A stretch of 62,924 nt of DNA, counting the filler, from Hausera hauseri (Eukaryota), in the NCBI GenBank assembly GCA_046269625.1. It is 11 parts of 11 records of this genome, joined end to end, with 100 filler letters (N's around TTAATTAATTAA, not from the genome) between each part and the next. Parts side by side here need not be neighbours in the genome. Positions count along the whole stretch, not along the records: positions 1 to 6,861 come from JBJURY010057662.1; positions 6,962 to 12,220 come from JBJURY010296612.1; positions 12,321 to 17,640 come from JBJURY010280729.1; 8 more parts are not named here. The stretch is one strand, 5' to 3'. Below, piece by piece: positions 1 through 12,395 of the stretch; within the stretch, counting starts at the first letter, position 1; each line of letters begins with the position of its first letter. The notes under the pieces were generated by a model. That model was not told where the DNA came from. It searched no databases and was given only the letters and a program-made list of their open reading frames with translations. The position numbers and the translations under genes are program-made.

Positions 1-235
1 TACTCTGACAGAGTGAAAATAAGAAAAATGGATTTTCTAAAGCATTTTCCTAATCTAATAATGCGATTTGGAGTGTTTTTTTTTTTTTTTTACTTTTTTT
101 TTTTTTTTGCATGATTAATCGCCCATTAAGAATTAAAATTTAATAAGACATTATAAGTTACAATATAATTTTATAAGTGATTTAAAAGTTCATATTAAAA
201 AAAAAAAAAACTTTTAAATTCTACATATCGCCCAA

Positions 236-1018
236 AGCTTTTATTTTTAGTTACGCACAGAATGTGGTGGTAGCTAGAAATACAAGTTTAAAAAAAAAAA
301 AAAAAAAAAATTACTTTTAAGTACACTTCATGAAATAAAGGCTTTTTAACTAAAATGACTTTTTTATATATATTATTTTATACGTTTCAGTTTTCGAAAT
401 CTCATAATCGAATATTTACTCAGATTGAAACTTTGATAGATAATCCATCACTGTAGAATATAGACTATTCTTGCAAACTTTAAAGTAATGGTATTAATAG
501 TAACATTACATAGCCTTACAACATTGGGAAGTGAAATAAAGCCATACATTTTCCCTATGCAAAATTAATTAATATTTCACTACTTAGTCATATTGTCACC
601 AGAAATGAAACTATGCACAAATTTTCATAGCTGTATAACGCTGGGAAGTGAATTAAACCCATACATTTTCCCTATGAAGAATTAATTAAAATTTCACTAA
701 TTCGCGAATTAATTAATATTGGTAATGGTGGATTATCATATTGTCGCCAGAAATGAAACTATGTGCGAAATTTCAGAACTTTAGGTCACTGGGAATCGAA
801 TGAAATCGATACGTTACCCTATACAAAATTAATTAATCACTAGTCACTAAATTAAACTTTGTAATGATGGATTATTGTATTGTCACCAGAAATGAACCTA
901 TGTACAGTATTCCAGAGCTCTCCGACATTAGGAAGTGGGATAAATTTCGATTGAAAGGTTTAACTCTGACAAAGACACAGATGCACACACAAATGAAATT
1001 TATTAAAAGCTTTTAAAT
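236..1018. repeat. Non-autonomous interspersed repeat (DINE-1/HINE-like) with three ~145-bp internal subrepeats
   Basis: CATATTGTCACCAGAAATGAAACTATG-like motif recurs at ~589, ~737 and ~878. Short inverted AAGCTTTTA/TAAAAGCTT lies near the ends, with a GACA/CACA-rich 3' part. The family assignment is inference. Confidence 0.35.
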
Positions 1019-3819
1019 AGGAGATAGTTGCAACAAAATATTTTATTATTTAAGCTTGAATTTAGTTAATAACGCATTATGTATTTATGAATTTCTTCAA
1101 CACAAATATGTGATATTCAAAAAAGTAAATAAAAGACTTGGAATAAACATTATTATTTTTTTCAGGAAGAAAAGAGGGTATACTCAGTTAATTTAATGCA
1201 TATTATGAAAAAAGCAAAATTATTAAACGTTAAGTACACACTGGACACATTAATAAATAATTATGTTCCTTTAATATGTAAAACTTAAATTAGTATTTCT
1301 ATACATAATCAAAACGATTGAAATATTCAAAATACATAGAATGAGTACAAAAGCAGATAATTTAAATAGTTATACTCTTTTAATGTAGATGTATAGGAAA
1401 CAAACTCGCATGTCGACAAAACGATGAAATAACGCCCGTGCTCAGGCCCCTTTATTATGGGGCAGGTCTCAGATTGGTGGTCCGTGGGTGTTTCTACTAT
1501 CTTGTGAGATTAAAATAAAAAATTCAAACTCTGAATAATTGACATCATCTTTAAACAAAGAGGCTTATGACTATAATATTTATTGGTAAAATTTCAAATA
1601 TTTTAATTTTCTTACGGTATGAATAAAATGTAACGGCAATTACGTTTTTTTAAATTCGTTACATTTTTAAAATTTAAAAATAAAAATGATTTTAAATTTA
1701 AAATTTAAATGGTGGTGTAACTATTTTCATTTGCCGTAATCTCCCGACAACTGCAACCCGCTATTAAAACCATTAAGTCTTCGTGATCTGTACAGAAGAC
1801 AACAAGAATGAAAAAAAGAAAGTAAAAAATAAAACTGAATTTATATATTACTGCACAACTAATATCGATCAACTAAATATTAAAATTTTGGGGGACTCAC
1901 AATTTGGGAGCCGCTAGGTTAGAGGCTCATTTTTTTTTTTTAGTTTGTCTTAACTCACAGATTAATATTGAATACGGCCCACATCGAATGGGCATCTAGT
2001 TGACTGGCCCGAGTTTGAGACACCTGCTTTAGGATATAGTGATTGAGCTTACTCTCTGTTATAAAAGAAAAAAAAAGTTCATTAGCGTTGCCAAATTGTG
2101 TGCTCAATGATTTTGGTCCAACGGAAAAAAGTGAAAAATAACTTTTTGAATACCCAGTTACAAATAACAACAAAAAAAAAAGACAGATTTCAAACTGCAA
2201 AATCTTCTGCTAGCTTTTTTTAACATATGATCAACTGTTTTGCCATATTTGTCATAAATCAGAAATCATCTATATAATCCAAGCAATAATAATAACGATA
2301 ATAATAATTTCAAGTCAAAAGAATATTCCGTTTGTTACATTTTAATGTTAACTGTTTTTCGCTTTACTTTATTTTTATCGCAATTTTATTTTCTAATTAA
2401 AGAGTATTGCAAAAAAAAAAAAAAAAATCCTTATTTTTGAAGAAAATAAGAATATTCCTTATTCCAGGAACCGATCAAATGACCGGATTGACAAATTTCT
2501 TTTATAGGATCTAAAAAGAACTCTCCTACATTGTATGGAGATTAGATTTTTACAGATTGCAAATTGTCCTATTTCCTTAGTTATCTTTTATTCGATCACT
2601 TTTCCTTGCGTTATTCATTTAAAAAATATTCCTTCCAATAACTTCAGTCAGAACCGTCTTAGCGCCATTGAGGATACCTATGCAAAATAATGCATTCGAA
2701 CCCCTACCCTGTAAGTTCGTTAGTTCCTCAAACGCTTGGAACCTATGAGCAGTGCCCAGATGGGCCCCTGAATTAAAGTGCACTGTCTTCGGTAGTTTTA
2801 GTATTATTTCATTAAAAGCATTAATGTACTAAACAACACAAAGGAAAAATGATTTTATATTTTTATAATATATCCTGATCTTTTTTTAAAAAAAATACTT
2901 GAATAAATGCTTGAATATTAAATCATATTACCTTACCACAAAACTCAAAACTTGTGTCGGGAGAAAAAAAAAAGCAATTCTTCTTTGATCCAGGAAGGAA
3001 CCTGCTTTACTAAGTAGAGGAAAAAGAATGACGAATTCTTCACCAACCATATGTGTACGTTACTGTAGTATTTACCAGGGTAAAAATACGCACTAATTGA
3101 ACCTCCTAGTCATTTCTCTCCAGAGAAGGGGGTCATAAATTGAGATGTCCAGACAAAAGTGTGAGTGACTTGCAGCGGATCACCAGATGGCTTTTGATGC
3201 AATAAAATTCTCATGTTGATTTTGAGATAAAGATTCAGACTTTCTCCTTGCGCCATAGGGGGTGGTAACCTTTCTTCTTCATGGGAAAAGCCCAATTATA
3301 CAACTGTAACACCAATGGCTCCAATATCACAAATGCTGATTAACGTAGAGTGCGGGGGCCCCCAGGCACTTGACCAAGTCTGTGAAGTCCAGCATCCGGT
3401 GCGAGGGAAAAAAAAAAGAAACATTTGTTAGAGAATACTCGCCGGTCGCCATTACTCCCGTACTGATAAATTGTCATAGTGGGGCAAACACTGTTAACGA
3501 ATTTTATGTCCACGACCCCCTACAGGTCTTTCCCTTACCCGAAAGGAAAATGTTGTGTACATCGCTCCCACATCTGCTATTAACGACAGCAGGACATTCG
3601 AAAGGAGAAAGGACCGTAGAAAGATTTTCTTGCTGGATAAGAAATGCCATGCCACCTACGATTTTCTTTCAGAGATAAAAGACCCATGAAAGACTAAGAA
3701 AAGCTTAAAAAAGTATTTCCAATACATTACATATTCAACTACACAAATTATCAATTTTCCATTTTTTCCTGATTATCGGGATTTTTCGGACTAAACACGC
3801 TCTATTATACATAAATGTC

Positions 3820-3896
3820 CATGGGTTAGATGGGCCCCCATGCACTTGGGGCCCCTGGGCAGTGCCCAGGTGGGCCCATGCGTTAAGACGGCCCTG
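3820..3896. mobile_element. End of a hAT-like MITE (TIR reads CAGGGCCGTCTTAAC on the minus strand) abutting the LINE
   Basis: GC-rich GGGCCCCTGGGCAGTGCCCAGGTGGGCCC...TTAAGACGGCCCTG. A related short copy lies at ~2650-2785 (CAGAACCGTCTTA...GCAGTGCCCAGATGGGCCC). Confidence 0.45.
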
Positions 3897-5151
3897 CCCT
3901 TGCATTCCTATCTCTCTTAATACTTGTTTACAAGCAGTTGCCATCCGTATTCATATTAAAAGCCTAATTACAGTTTGCAGTATATACTTACCTCCAAACA
4001 ATCCCATTTCTCAACAGTTACTGGAAAATTTATTACAACAACTACCTTCCCCTTTTATTATTATTGGTGATTTTAATGCTCATAGCTCTCTTTGGGGTAG
4101 TCGTGACACTAACTCTAGAGGGCAACAAATTGAAACTCTCATCTCGAATAATTGTTTATGTCTTTTAAACAACGGAGATAACACTTATTTCCACGAGCCT
4201 TCACGTACATTCCATGCAATTGATCTGGCTCTGTGCTCATCTTCACTTTACCCCCTTCTGACTTTCTTCTGTGGAAAATATCTTTATAATAGTGATCATT
4301 TCCCTATCTTCCTGTCACTCACAAGTCAGTCACCTCATTCAGTTACTCGACCCACACATTACATTTATGATGCTGCCAACTGGGCGAAATTTAGTGCTCT
4401 GGCTACCATTACACATGAAATGGTAGAGGGTAATATAGATAACGCCATCAATGAAATCACTTCTTGCATAATCAAAGCAGCAGATGCAGCAATACCAAAA
4501 ACAAATCCTTCATCAACGCATCAGAGAAAAGCCTGGTGGAACGACCATTGTCGAAAGGCGAAGAAAACTCAGCAGAGAGCTTGGGATCTTTTCCGGAGAT
4601 ACCCAACTTCCACAAATTACATTGCGTTTAAATTTGCAAAGGCACAAGCTAGAAGAGTGCGGCGTCAAGCTCAAAGGGAATCTTGGATTAAGTACGTCTC
4701 CAGCATAACTTCTAATACTCCCAGTAAGCATCTATGGAGCAGAGCAAAGAAGGCTATGGGTCTTTACCCTGACCATCATATTTCTTGTATAGAACAAAAT
4801 GGCCACATTTACTCTTCAGTCATAGACATCGCAAATGCAATAGGAAGTACCCTTGCAACTAATTCCAGCTATGAATCCTATTCTGAACCTTTCTATTCTT
4901 ATAAAAGAAAAATTGAAAGCCAGGATATAAATTTCAATAGTGACTCCTTTTTTTCATATAACAAACCTTTTACTGATCACGAACTCGCCCGTAGTCTTCA
5001 TCGTACCAACTTATCTGCTCCTGGACATGATCAGATCACATATGTTATGCTAAAACATCTATCTCCCGCCTCTCGCTCGAACTTACTGCATATTTACAAT
5101 AGAGTCTGGGAGGAACGTACTTTTCCCAGAGCTTGGTACAGGCCATTGTAA
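3897..5151 (+). CDS. LINE ORF2 N-terminal part (apurinic-type endonuclease), 5' truncated
   Basis: ORF 3862..5151. LINE similarity starts at PCIPISLNTCLQAVAIRI; the first ~12 codons come from the MITE. Confidence 0.9.
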
Positions 5152-6861
5152 TTCCGTTCTTGAAACCAGGGAAGGATCCTGCAGATCCAAACAGCTATCG
5201 ACCTATTGCATTCACTAGCTGTGTCTGCAAACTATTTGAAAAAATGATAAATACTCGCCTAATGTATGTTTTGGAGAAAAGGAATTACCTCTCTTCATTT
5301 CAAAGTGGTTTTAGACATGGCAGATCAACTGTCGACAATATTTTGGATTTGGAGACTCGAATTAAGAACTCCTTCTTACGACGCAACCATTTGGTTTCAG
5401 TTTTTATTGACATGGAGAAGGCCTATGATCGAACCTGGCGCCGAGGCATACTCCAAGATCTTTTTACTCATGGTTTTCGAGGGAATCTCCCAATCTTTAT
5501 ACAAAATTTTTTAACTTTTAGGCAGTTTCAAGTCCGCATTGGCAACATTTTATCTGACTTTTATACTCAAGAAGAAGGTGTCCCCCAGGGTAGTGTCCTG
5601 AGCGTAACACTCTTCGCCGTTAAGATAAACAGCGTGCTTGAAAACTTGCCACCAGCAGTGCATGGAAATCTTTATGTCGATGACTTGCACATTATGTGCC
5701 AAGGCTCGGACATGTGCTCCATTGAACACCAACTACAGACAGCTATCAACCGTATTATCACCTGGACGAATAAAAATGGTTTTAAAATCTCGACTGACAA
5801 AACAGCCTGTGTGCACTTTTGCCGGAAACGCGGTCCGCATCGAGACCCAGAACTTTATATTGGGCAATCTCAGATTGCTATTAATGACACTGCCCGTTTC
5901 TTGGGCGTCCATTTTGACAGTAAACTAAGCTTTCTTCCACATGTTTTACAACTGCGTACTAAATGTGAAAAAACTTTAAACTTGCTGAGGGTTCTTTCTA
6001 ATACTTCTTGGGGTGCCGATCGGACATCAATGCTAACCATTTATCGATCTATTATTCGTTCGAAACTTGACTATGCCTGTGCGGTGTATGGATCTGCAAG
6101 ACGTTCTGTTTTGAGAAAATTGGACACAGTACACCATGCTGCATTGAGAATATGTTGCGGGGCTTTTCGCACATCGCCTGTGTTCAGTCTCTATGTAGAA
6201 GTTTCGGAGCCCTCCCTATACATGACCAGAGATCGCTTATCTCTCGATTTATATTTTAGGATACTGGCTCATCCGAATCATCCTCTTCATCGTCATTTAC
6301 AGAGCAGTAACAACGATCGTCTTTACGAGAATCGCCCGTCATGCATACCGAGTTTTCGACTAAGGATGCGAAATCTTCTTTTCAATTCCCCGCTTGCCAC
6401 TACTTCTGTTATGATTTCTTCCACTTTAGCTATCGCACCATGGCAGCTTCCTAATCTTAAAATTTTGCGGCCTTTCCATGGATTCGATAAAAGCAGTACA
6501 AATAACATAATTTTTCGGCAAATCTTCCATTCACATCGAGAATGTTACCGCGATTATATTGATGTTTATACTGACGGTTCCAATACTGTTGATCTTGTTG
6601 GATGCGCTGTTGTTTGCCGCAATAGTATTTTAAGCTACTGTCTCCCGGTAACCTGTTCTATTTTCACAGCAGAAATTTTTGCAATTAAAAAAGCCCTTCT
6701 GTATATTTCCCACCATCACCTTAAACATTGTATCATTTACACAGATTCCCACAGTGCATTGGACGCTTTACAGTCCGATTCCTTTAAGCATCCTGTTACA
6801 AACGAAATACTCCTTCTGCATATGCAACTCCAGGAACAGAATTTTCAAAATAATGTTTTGC
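5133..6861 (+). CDS. LINE ORF2 C-terminal part (reverse transcriptase + RNase H), partial
   Basis: YVDD catalytic motif, PQGS and TDGS; continues the upstream ORF after a 1-nt frameshift. Confidence 0.93.
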
Positions 6862-6961
6862 NNNNNNNNNNNNNNNNNNNNNNNNNNNNNNNNNNNNNNN
6901 NNNNNTTAATTAATTAANNNNNNNNNNNNNNNNNNNNNNNNNNNNNNNNNNNNNNNNNNNN
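6862..6961. other. Artificial contig linker (N-run with TTAATTAATTAA); same linker at 12221-12320, 17641-17740, 22350-22449, 26467-26566, 33079-33178, 38063-38162, 44631-44730, 49087-49186, 58863-58962
   Basis: Identical 100-nt N/TTAATTAATTAA/N spacer occurs 10 times and gives stops in all frames. Confidence 0.99.
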
Positions 6962-7830
6962 GTAGTGGAAAAATGGTGGTTCGGTCCCACTCCCCCGAGG
7001 GGTGTGCGAATCGATATTACACATGTGCCAATCGATAGTTCACACGGAGCACTGTCGATCGGTAGAGTGCTAGGCAAGGGTGCCCCTAGGCACCGTTGCT
7101 AGGTGCACTTTTGCACATTTCACAAATCGATCGCTGCACAGTGCAGTATTGATCGAATCGATTACGACAAAGTGCAAATCGATACTGCACATCGAGATGC
7201 ATCGATTGGGGCACAGTGCAGGTGTGCATCATATGTGCAAATGTGCAAAATCAATAATATCGGATTTCCGATAAATCTAATATTGATGATCAGCACTTAG
7301 CACCGGGTTAAATCGGTAGCACACATGATGGGCTATGTGAATGTGCAGTTCGAATTTAAATCGACTGATTGGTTTTCGAATAATTCGCAAGTGGGACCGA
7401 ACCGCCACAGGTCTTTCCGCTATAAATTTTAAATGAATAATATCAATATGGCACATATACTGGCAGGTGCAGTACTTGATGTACTTTCGATCAGTGCAAT
7501 ACTCGAGTAATGTGTACTCTTGAATACGGTTGCCTGGGCACTTTTTCACTTTGCACACTTTTGCAGTTGTGCAGCGTAGGATTGATGGAATTGATCGGGG
7601 TCAATTATGTGGTGTGTAGTGCAAAAACATGTGTGCACGTGTGCAAAAATCAATAATATCGAATTTCCTATATCTCCAATATTGATGATTATGACATGTG
7701 ACCGTGTGAATTCAAACAGAAACATGGCGTATTATATGAATGTGAAGTTAGAATTTAAATTTATCGATCAATTATCGATTAATATCGATCGAAATTGCAA
7801 ATGGGACAGATTTCCCATAGGCTTTTTATG
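6962..7830. repeat. Probable Polinton terminal region with two imperfect ~400-bp direct repeats
   Basis: Contig begins GTAGT. GTGCAAAA(A)TCAATAATATCG(G/A)ATTTCC occurs at ~7243 and ~7641, with many ATCGAT motifs. The region lies upstream of a pPolB gene. Confidence 0.45.
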
Positions 7831-8630
7831 ATCTATGGAAGCAAAATTCGATATAACATTAAGCGGGGACAGATAGGAAATCGACTATGGCGAACTTGAA
7901 TCTGGAGTCAAAATTTCAAAATTCGAATATTTTCGCTCTCGAATATCGAAGTTTGAACTAATCAAAAAATCTAACAGCAGGAATCGATTCCTCGTGTATG
8001 GAAACCCCTTTGTGGACAAAAATTATTCTATGAAAATGTACTATATAGGCATAAAATAAATATTTGGAATTAAACAAAATGTGCATTTGAAGCGTAGGTA
8101 AGCGGAAATCAGTGAAGCTAATAGCGGAGATGGATAGGAAAGCATATATGCCGAATTGGAATGTGATATTAGATGATCGAAAACATTATTCAAACTTGAA
8201 GAATTTTCGATTCGAACTCGAATATTCGGTGAAGCGTGCATTAGTTGAAGAATCTGATGGTTTTAATCGATTTCGCATATATGAAAACCTATTAGAATAT
8301 GAAGCCGCCACCTATTTAAATCATTTGATGCATTAAAACAAACGCATGATGTTGACAAGCAATACGATGGCATAATTACGTGGAAAGTTCATTATTTAAT
8401 GCATTAAAGCAAATGCATGATGTGGACAATACAACATATTGGCAAAAGTATGCAGTTCCCAATTTACCCCAATATTAAAATTATTTCCTTACACGTGTTT
8501 TGTTTTACTGCATCAATTATTAAAATTAGACAGTGCACGTTGACACAGCTATATTTTTCGGTATTTCCAAAATTACTTCCGCGAATGGTAACATTTTTAT
8601 TTGTGTTAATCAAATAATTGCTTTGTTTAG

Positions 8631-11600
8631 ATGAGAAAACTTTACAGAGAGTGCTTGGCTCCAATCCATGAGCCGGAAATTTATCATAGTATTATGGTGA
8701 AATACTTTGGGTATATGTTCAACAGGTTTCAGTATTATATATGCCCTACATGTGAGGTAGTGTGCAGGGTAGGGTACGAGGAATTTTACAATGTCTATAA
8801 ACAGCACTTGATTTCTTTCGCCAAGTAGAAAAAATAAATATTCAGTATTAATATGCCAATAACGTCTTTTGTGTCAAAGGAAAACAAAAGTTCCACTTCA
8901 TATGTGTATTGCACATGTACAATACATAACCCTGAGAATTGCCACAATACCATGGATAGCTATTATGGCCACAAATTCAATAGGATCCTCTAGTATATTT
9001 GACCAGGATGTGAGATTGTATGTGATGGAGAATACATACAGTTCTATGAAGATCACAAATATCATTTAACTGACTTCGATTCAAAGTCCAAGAAGATTAT
9101 ATTTAATGAACATAGGCCAGTTGCATAGTCCGCAGTACAACCAGATGCAGCATTACAGCCTGCAGTACATCGAGATTTAGGATTAAAACGCCCATCAGGT
9201 CCATCAGAAGCCTCAGGCTTAACAGACGTAGTGGCTTCGCCAAAAAGCCAAACACAGAGGCAGGTTAATGCTGCTGCATTAAAGAAAAAAGTCCGCAAAT
9301 ATGTCATTGATGCAACTGGACAAAGAATCATCAAGGAGTTCCTGGAATATACAAAGGAAGAAACACAGGGGATCCTCCAGGAGAGTATGACTGAGCTCAA
9401 GACCCTTAAGGGTAATGTGTAACTTGAGGCATATACGTCAATGTCGAAGTTGAAGAAACAAATATGGCCTTCAAGACCAAAAATAGACCCATATTAGAAA
9501 ACACAAATATAGCGGAATGGATGCATGAACAACATACGAAGCTGATCCGTAAAGCCGATGAGAGCCAAGATAATAAGAGTGAATGGGCTCTGAGAACCAT
9601 CAAGAGACTGCTTATATATGTACACAGATACTTCCCCATGCGAGGCAGTTTATATATACAGTTTCCGGAATGGATTCAGCAGAAAAATACTTCCAATAAT
9701 GTCCATAATAATGACGACAAGAGCTTCATGTATGCCATTTTATGTAAATTCGTACGGAATCAAAAACATGCAGCAGATCGAGTTTGGCTATACAATGATC
9801 TCCAGCACAACTGCGACTTTCAGTGTATCACATTCCTCCCATCCATAGATGAAATCAAGAAGTTTAGCCGCATCAACAACATGTCCATCAATATCTTTGA
9901 ATTGGATGAGATGGACAAATTCTACCCCTTGCAAATATGTGATGCTTAATTGGAAGGTCATAAAGATCTGTTCCTACTAGACGATGGCTATAACAAACAT
10001 TATGTTTGGAACAAGAACTTGGAGCGTCTAGTCAGATCCCAAATAACAAAGCATGAGCACGGAATTGAAATATGCAAAAGATGTTTATCACATTTCAGCA
10101 ATAAGTTAGCTGTGGAGAAGCTGAAGGAGCACAAGATGTTCTGCAACAACAAATATTGTGTAAGGCTAGAATTTCCCGAAGAGGACTATATTGAAATTAA
10201 GGAATTCGAGAAGAAGATCAAGGTCACAATTGTCGTCTATTGTGACTTTAAGGCCATTCTCAGGCCAGTTCACACATGCAGTCCCAGTCCTCAATATAGC
10301 ACTACAACGGCATACCAGTATCATGAAATCTCATCGTATTGTATGTATGCAAAAGGACTGGACAGTGAACCATATCTATTCAGTGGTCCAGGTGCAGCAG
10401 TATATTTCATAAAGAGACTTTAAGACATGGCTCATAAGCTTGAAAACTTGCAGCAACAACATAAAGACGACATGAGCATGTCTTGGATGCAAAAAGAAGA
10501 ATGCACAAGGCAACGTTATGCTACTTGTGCGACAAGTCATTCACCAAGGAAAATTGGATAGTAAAGGATCACTGCCATGTTACAGGTGCGTATCGGGGCG
10601 CAGCATGTAACAACTGCAATCGTCACTGCCGGTAATGTTCCACAATCTCAGCGGTTACGATTCCCATTTCATAGTCCGAGAATTATGCAACATTGATGAC
10701 AATATAGAAGAGATTCCCAACAGTGAGGAGAAATATATCACTTTTACTAAGCATGCTGGTAAAATCCGACTTCGCTTCATCGATAGTTTCCAATTCATGT
10801 CGTCTTCACTGGGCAGTTTAGTGAAGAACCTGCCTGCCGAAGAACTCAAGAAAACGAAGCGATTCTTTCCCGATATCTTTAACCTAGTTAAAGGAAAGTA
10901 GTGTTTCCCTGTGACTATATAACATTATGGGAAACACTGGATGAGTCCTCATTACCGCCAAATGATGGTTTTTACAGCCAGTTGTCGGATAGTGATATCA
11001 CTGATGAGGACTACCAACATTCTCAGAACGTCTGGCAGGCATTCCAATGCAGAACATTAGGGTAATATAGTGATATATATCTCCAAACCTATGTGCTGCT
11101 GCTGACAGATGTATTTAAAAGTTTCAGGGATGTAACAATGAAGAACCATACTTTAGATCTAGCTCATTTCGTCATGACTCTAGGAAAAAGCTGGGCAGCA
11201 ATACTGCGCTATACCTGTATCAGGCTGCAAATCATTAAGGACTATGACATGATGCTTATGATCGAAAGAGGCATTAGAGGGAAAATATACCAAACCATTC
11301 ACCAGTATAGCGAGACAAACAACAAGTATATGGCTGAATACGACTCAACAAAGGAGTCATCATATAAATCCTACCTAGATGCCAACAACTTGTATGGATG
11401 GGCAATCAGCGTCCCATTGCAATATGATAATGTCAAGTGGGTTGAGCATCCTGATGACATCCATATCCTGGACCTGGACCCCGCTAAGAGATACGGGCTA
11501 CATACTGGAAGTGGGTATGGAATATCCGACTTCCATCCGCACAAGGCATGAACAGCTGCCTTTCCTCCCTGAATGCAGACCGCCGCCTTATGGAAAGCAG

Positions 11601-12220
11601 TGAAAGCTGCTATGTCATTTGGGTGATAGGGAGAGGTATGTAGTCCACTACATCAATTGCCAGCAGTCAGTTAAACATGGACTTCGCATTATTAAGGTCT
11701 ATAGAGCCCTCCAATTCAGCCAGTCCATGTGGTTGCAGTCGTACATTGATCTGAATACGAAGCTGCGGACAAATGCCAAGAACGATTTCGAGAAAGATCA
11801 GTTTAAACTCTATAATAACAGCGTTTTTGGCAAGACGATGGCGAATATCCGCAACAGGCTAAACATCGAGTTAGTATGTGACTGGAAGCGGGCAAAGAAG
11901 CTTATTGCCAAGCCTAACTTGCACAGCAGCATCATATATGCTGATATCTTGGTAGGCATCCATATGCTGAAAACAGCATTAGTATTCAACAAGCCCGTAT
12001 ATGTGGGTATGGCAATATTGGACCTATCAAAACCCTAATTTACAACTACCATTACGATGTAATGGTACCAACATTCAAGTCCACACAGCTGATATATATG
12101 GATACTGATAGTTTAATTTATCAGATTCATACGAAGGACATGTATGAAGATTTTGCCCAAGTGGCTCAGTACATGGATACCTCGTATTATGCGAAGGATC
12201 ATTCAAATTATTCAACCACC
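8631..12220 (+). pseudogene. polB: Polinton/Maverick (adintovirus-like) protein-primed family B DNA polymerase, fragmented; includes vOTU-like and HNH/endonuclease-VII-like domains
   Basis: YCDFKAIL, FHNLSGYDSHF, RFIDSFQFM, YLDANNLYGWA, KLYNNSVFGKT, YMDTDSLIY. VKDHCHVTGAYRGAACNNCN at 10561-10620. NNDDKSF...HYVW protease-like motifs. Many stops and frameshifts. Confidence 0.92.
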
Positions 12221-12320
12221 NNNNNNNNNNNNNNNNNNNNNNNNNNNNNNNNNNNNNNNNNNNNTTAATTAATTAANNNNNNNNNNNNNNNNNNNNNNNN
12301 NNNNNNNNNNNNNNNNNNNN

Positions 12321-12395
12321 TTATTTGGGTCCAACTCGGCTCTATTCACCGGATTCCCCAATTAACGATCCGGTCCCAACATTTCCTCCCTCCTT
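12321..12395 (-). repeat. Polypurine tract (12395-12382) and beginning of 3' LTR (TGTTG at 12381)
   Basis: Minus strand reads AAGGAGGGAGGAAA|TGTTGGGACCGG at the end of the pol ORF. Confidence 0.8.

Larger units (their letters stand above)
3897..6861 (+). mobile_element. Non-LTR retrotransposon (I-group LINE) ORF2: APE endonuclease - RT - RNase H; 5' truncated, one frameshift at ~5140, runs off contig end
   Basis: APE motifs SIYLPP, IIGDFNAH, IDLAL, SDHFPI. RT motifs YRPIAFTSC, QSGFR, DMEKAYD, GVPQGSVLS, YVDD. RNase H motifs VYTDGS, FTAEIFAI, YTDS. Confidence 0.95.

Noticed and set aside
6862-6961. Recurrent TTAATTAATTAA within N-runs as a biological repeat
   Set aside because: Identical artificial linker between concatenated contigs; ORFs ending in XXX-LIN are artefacts.
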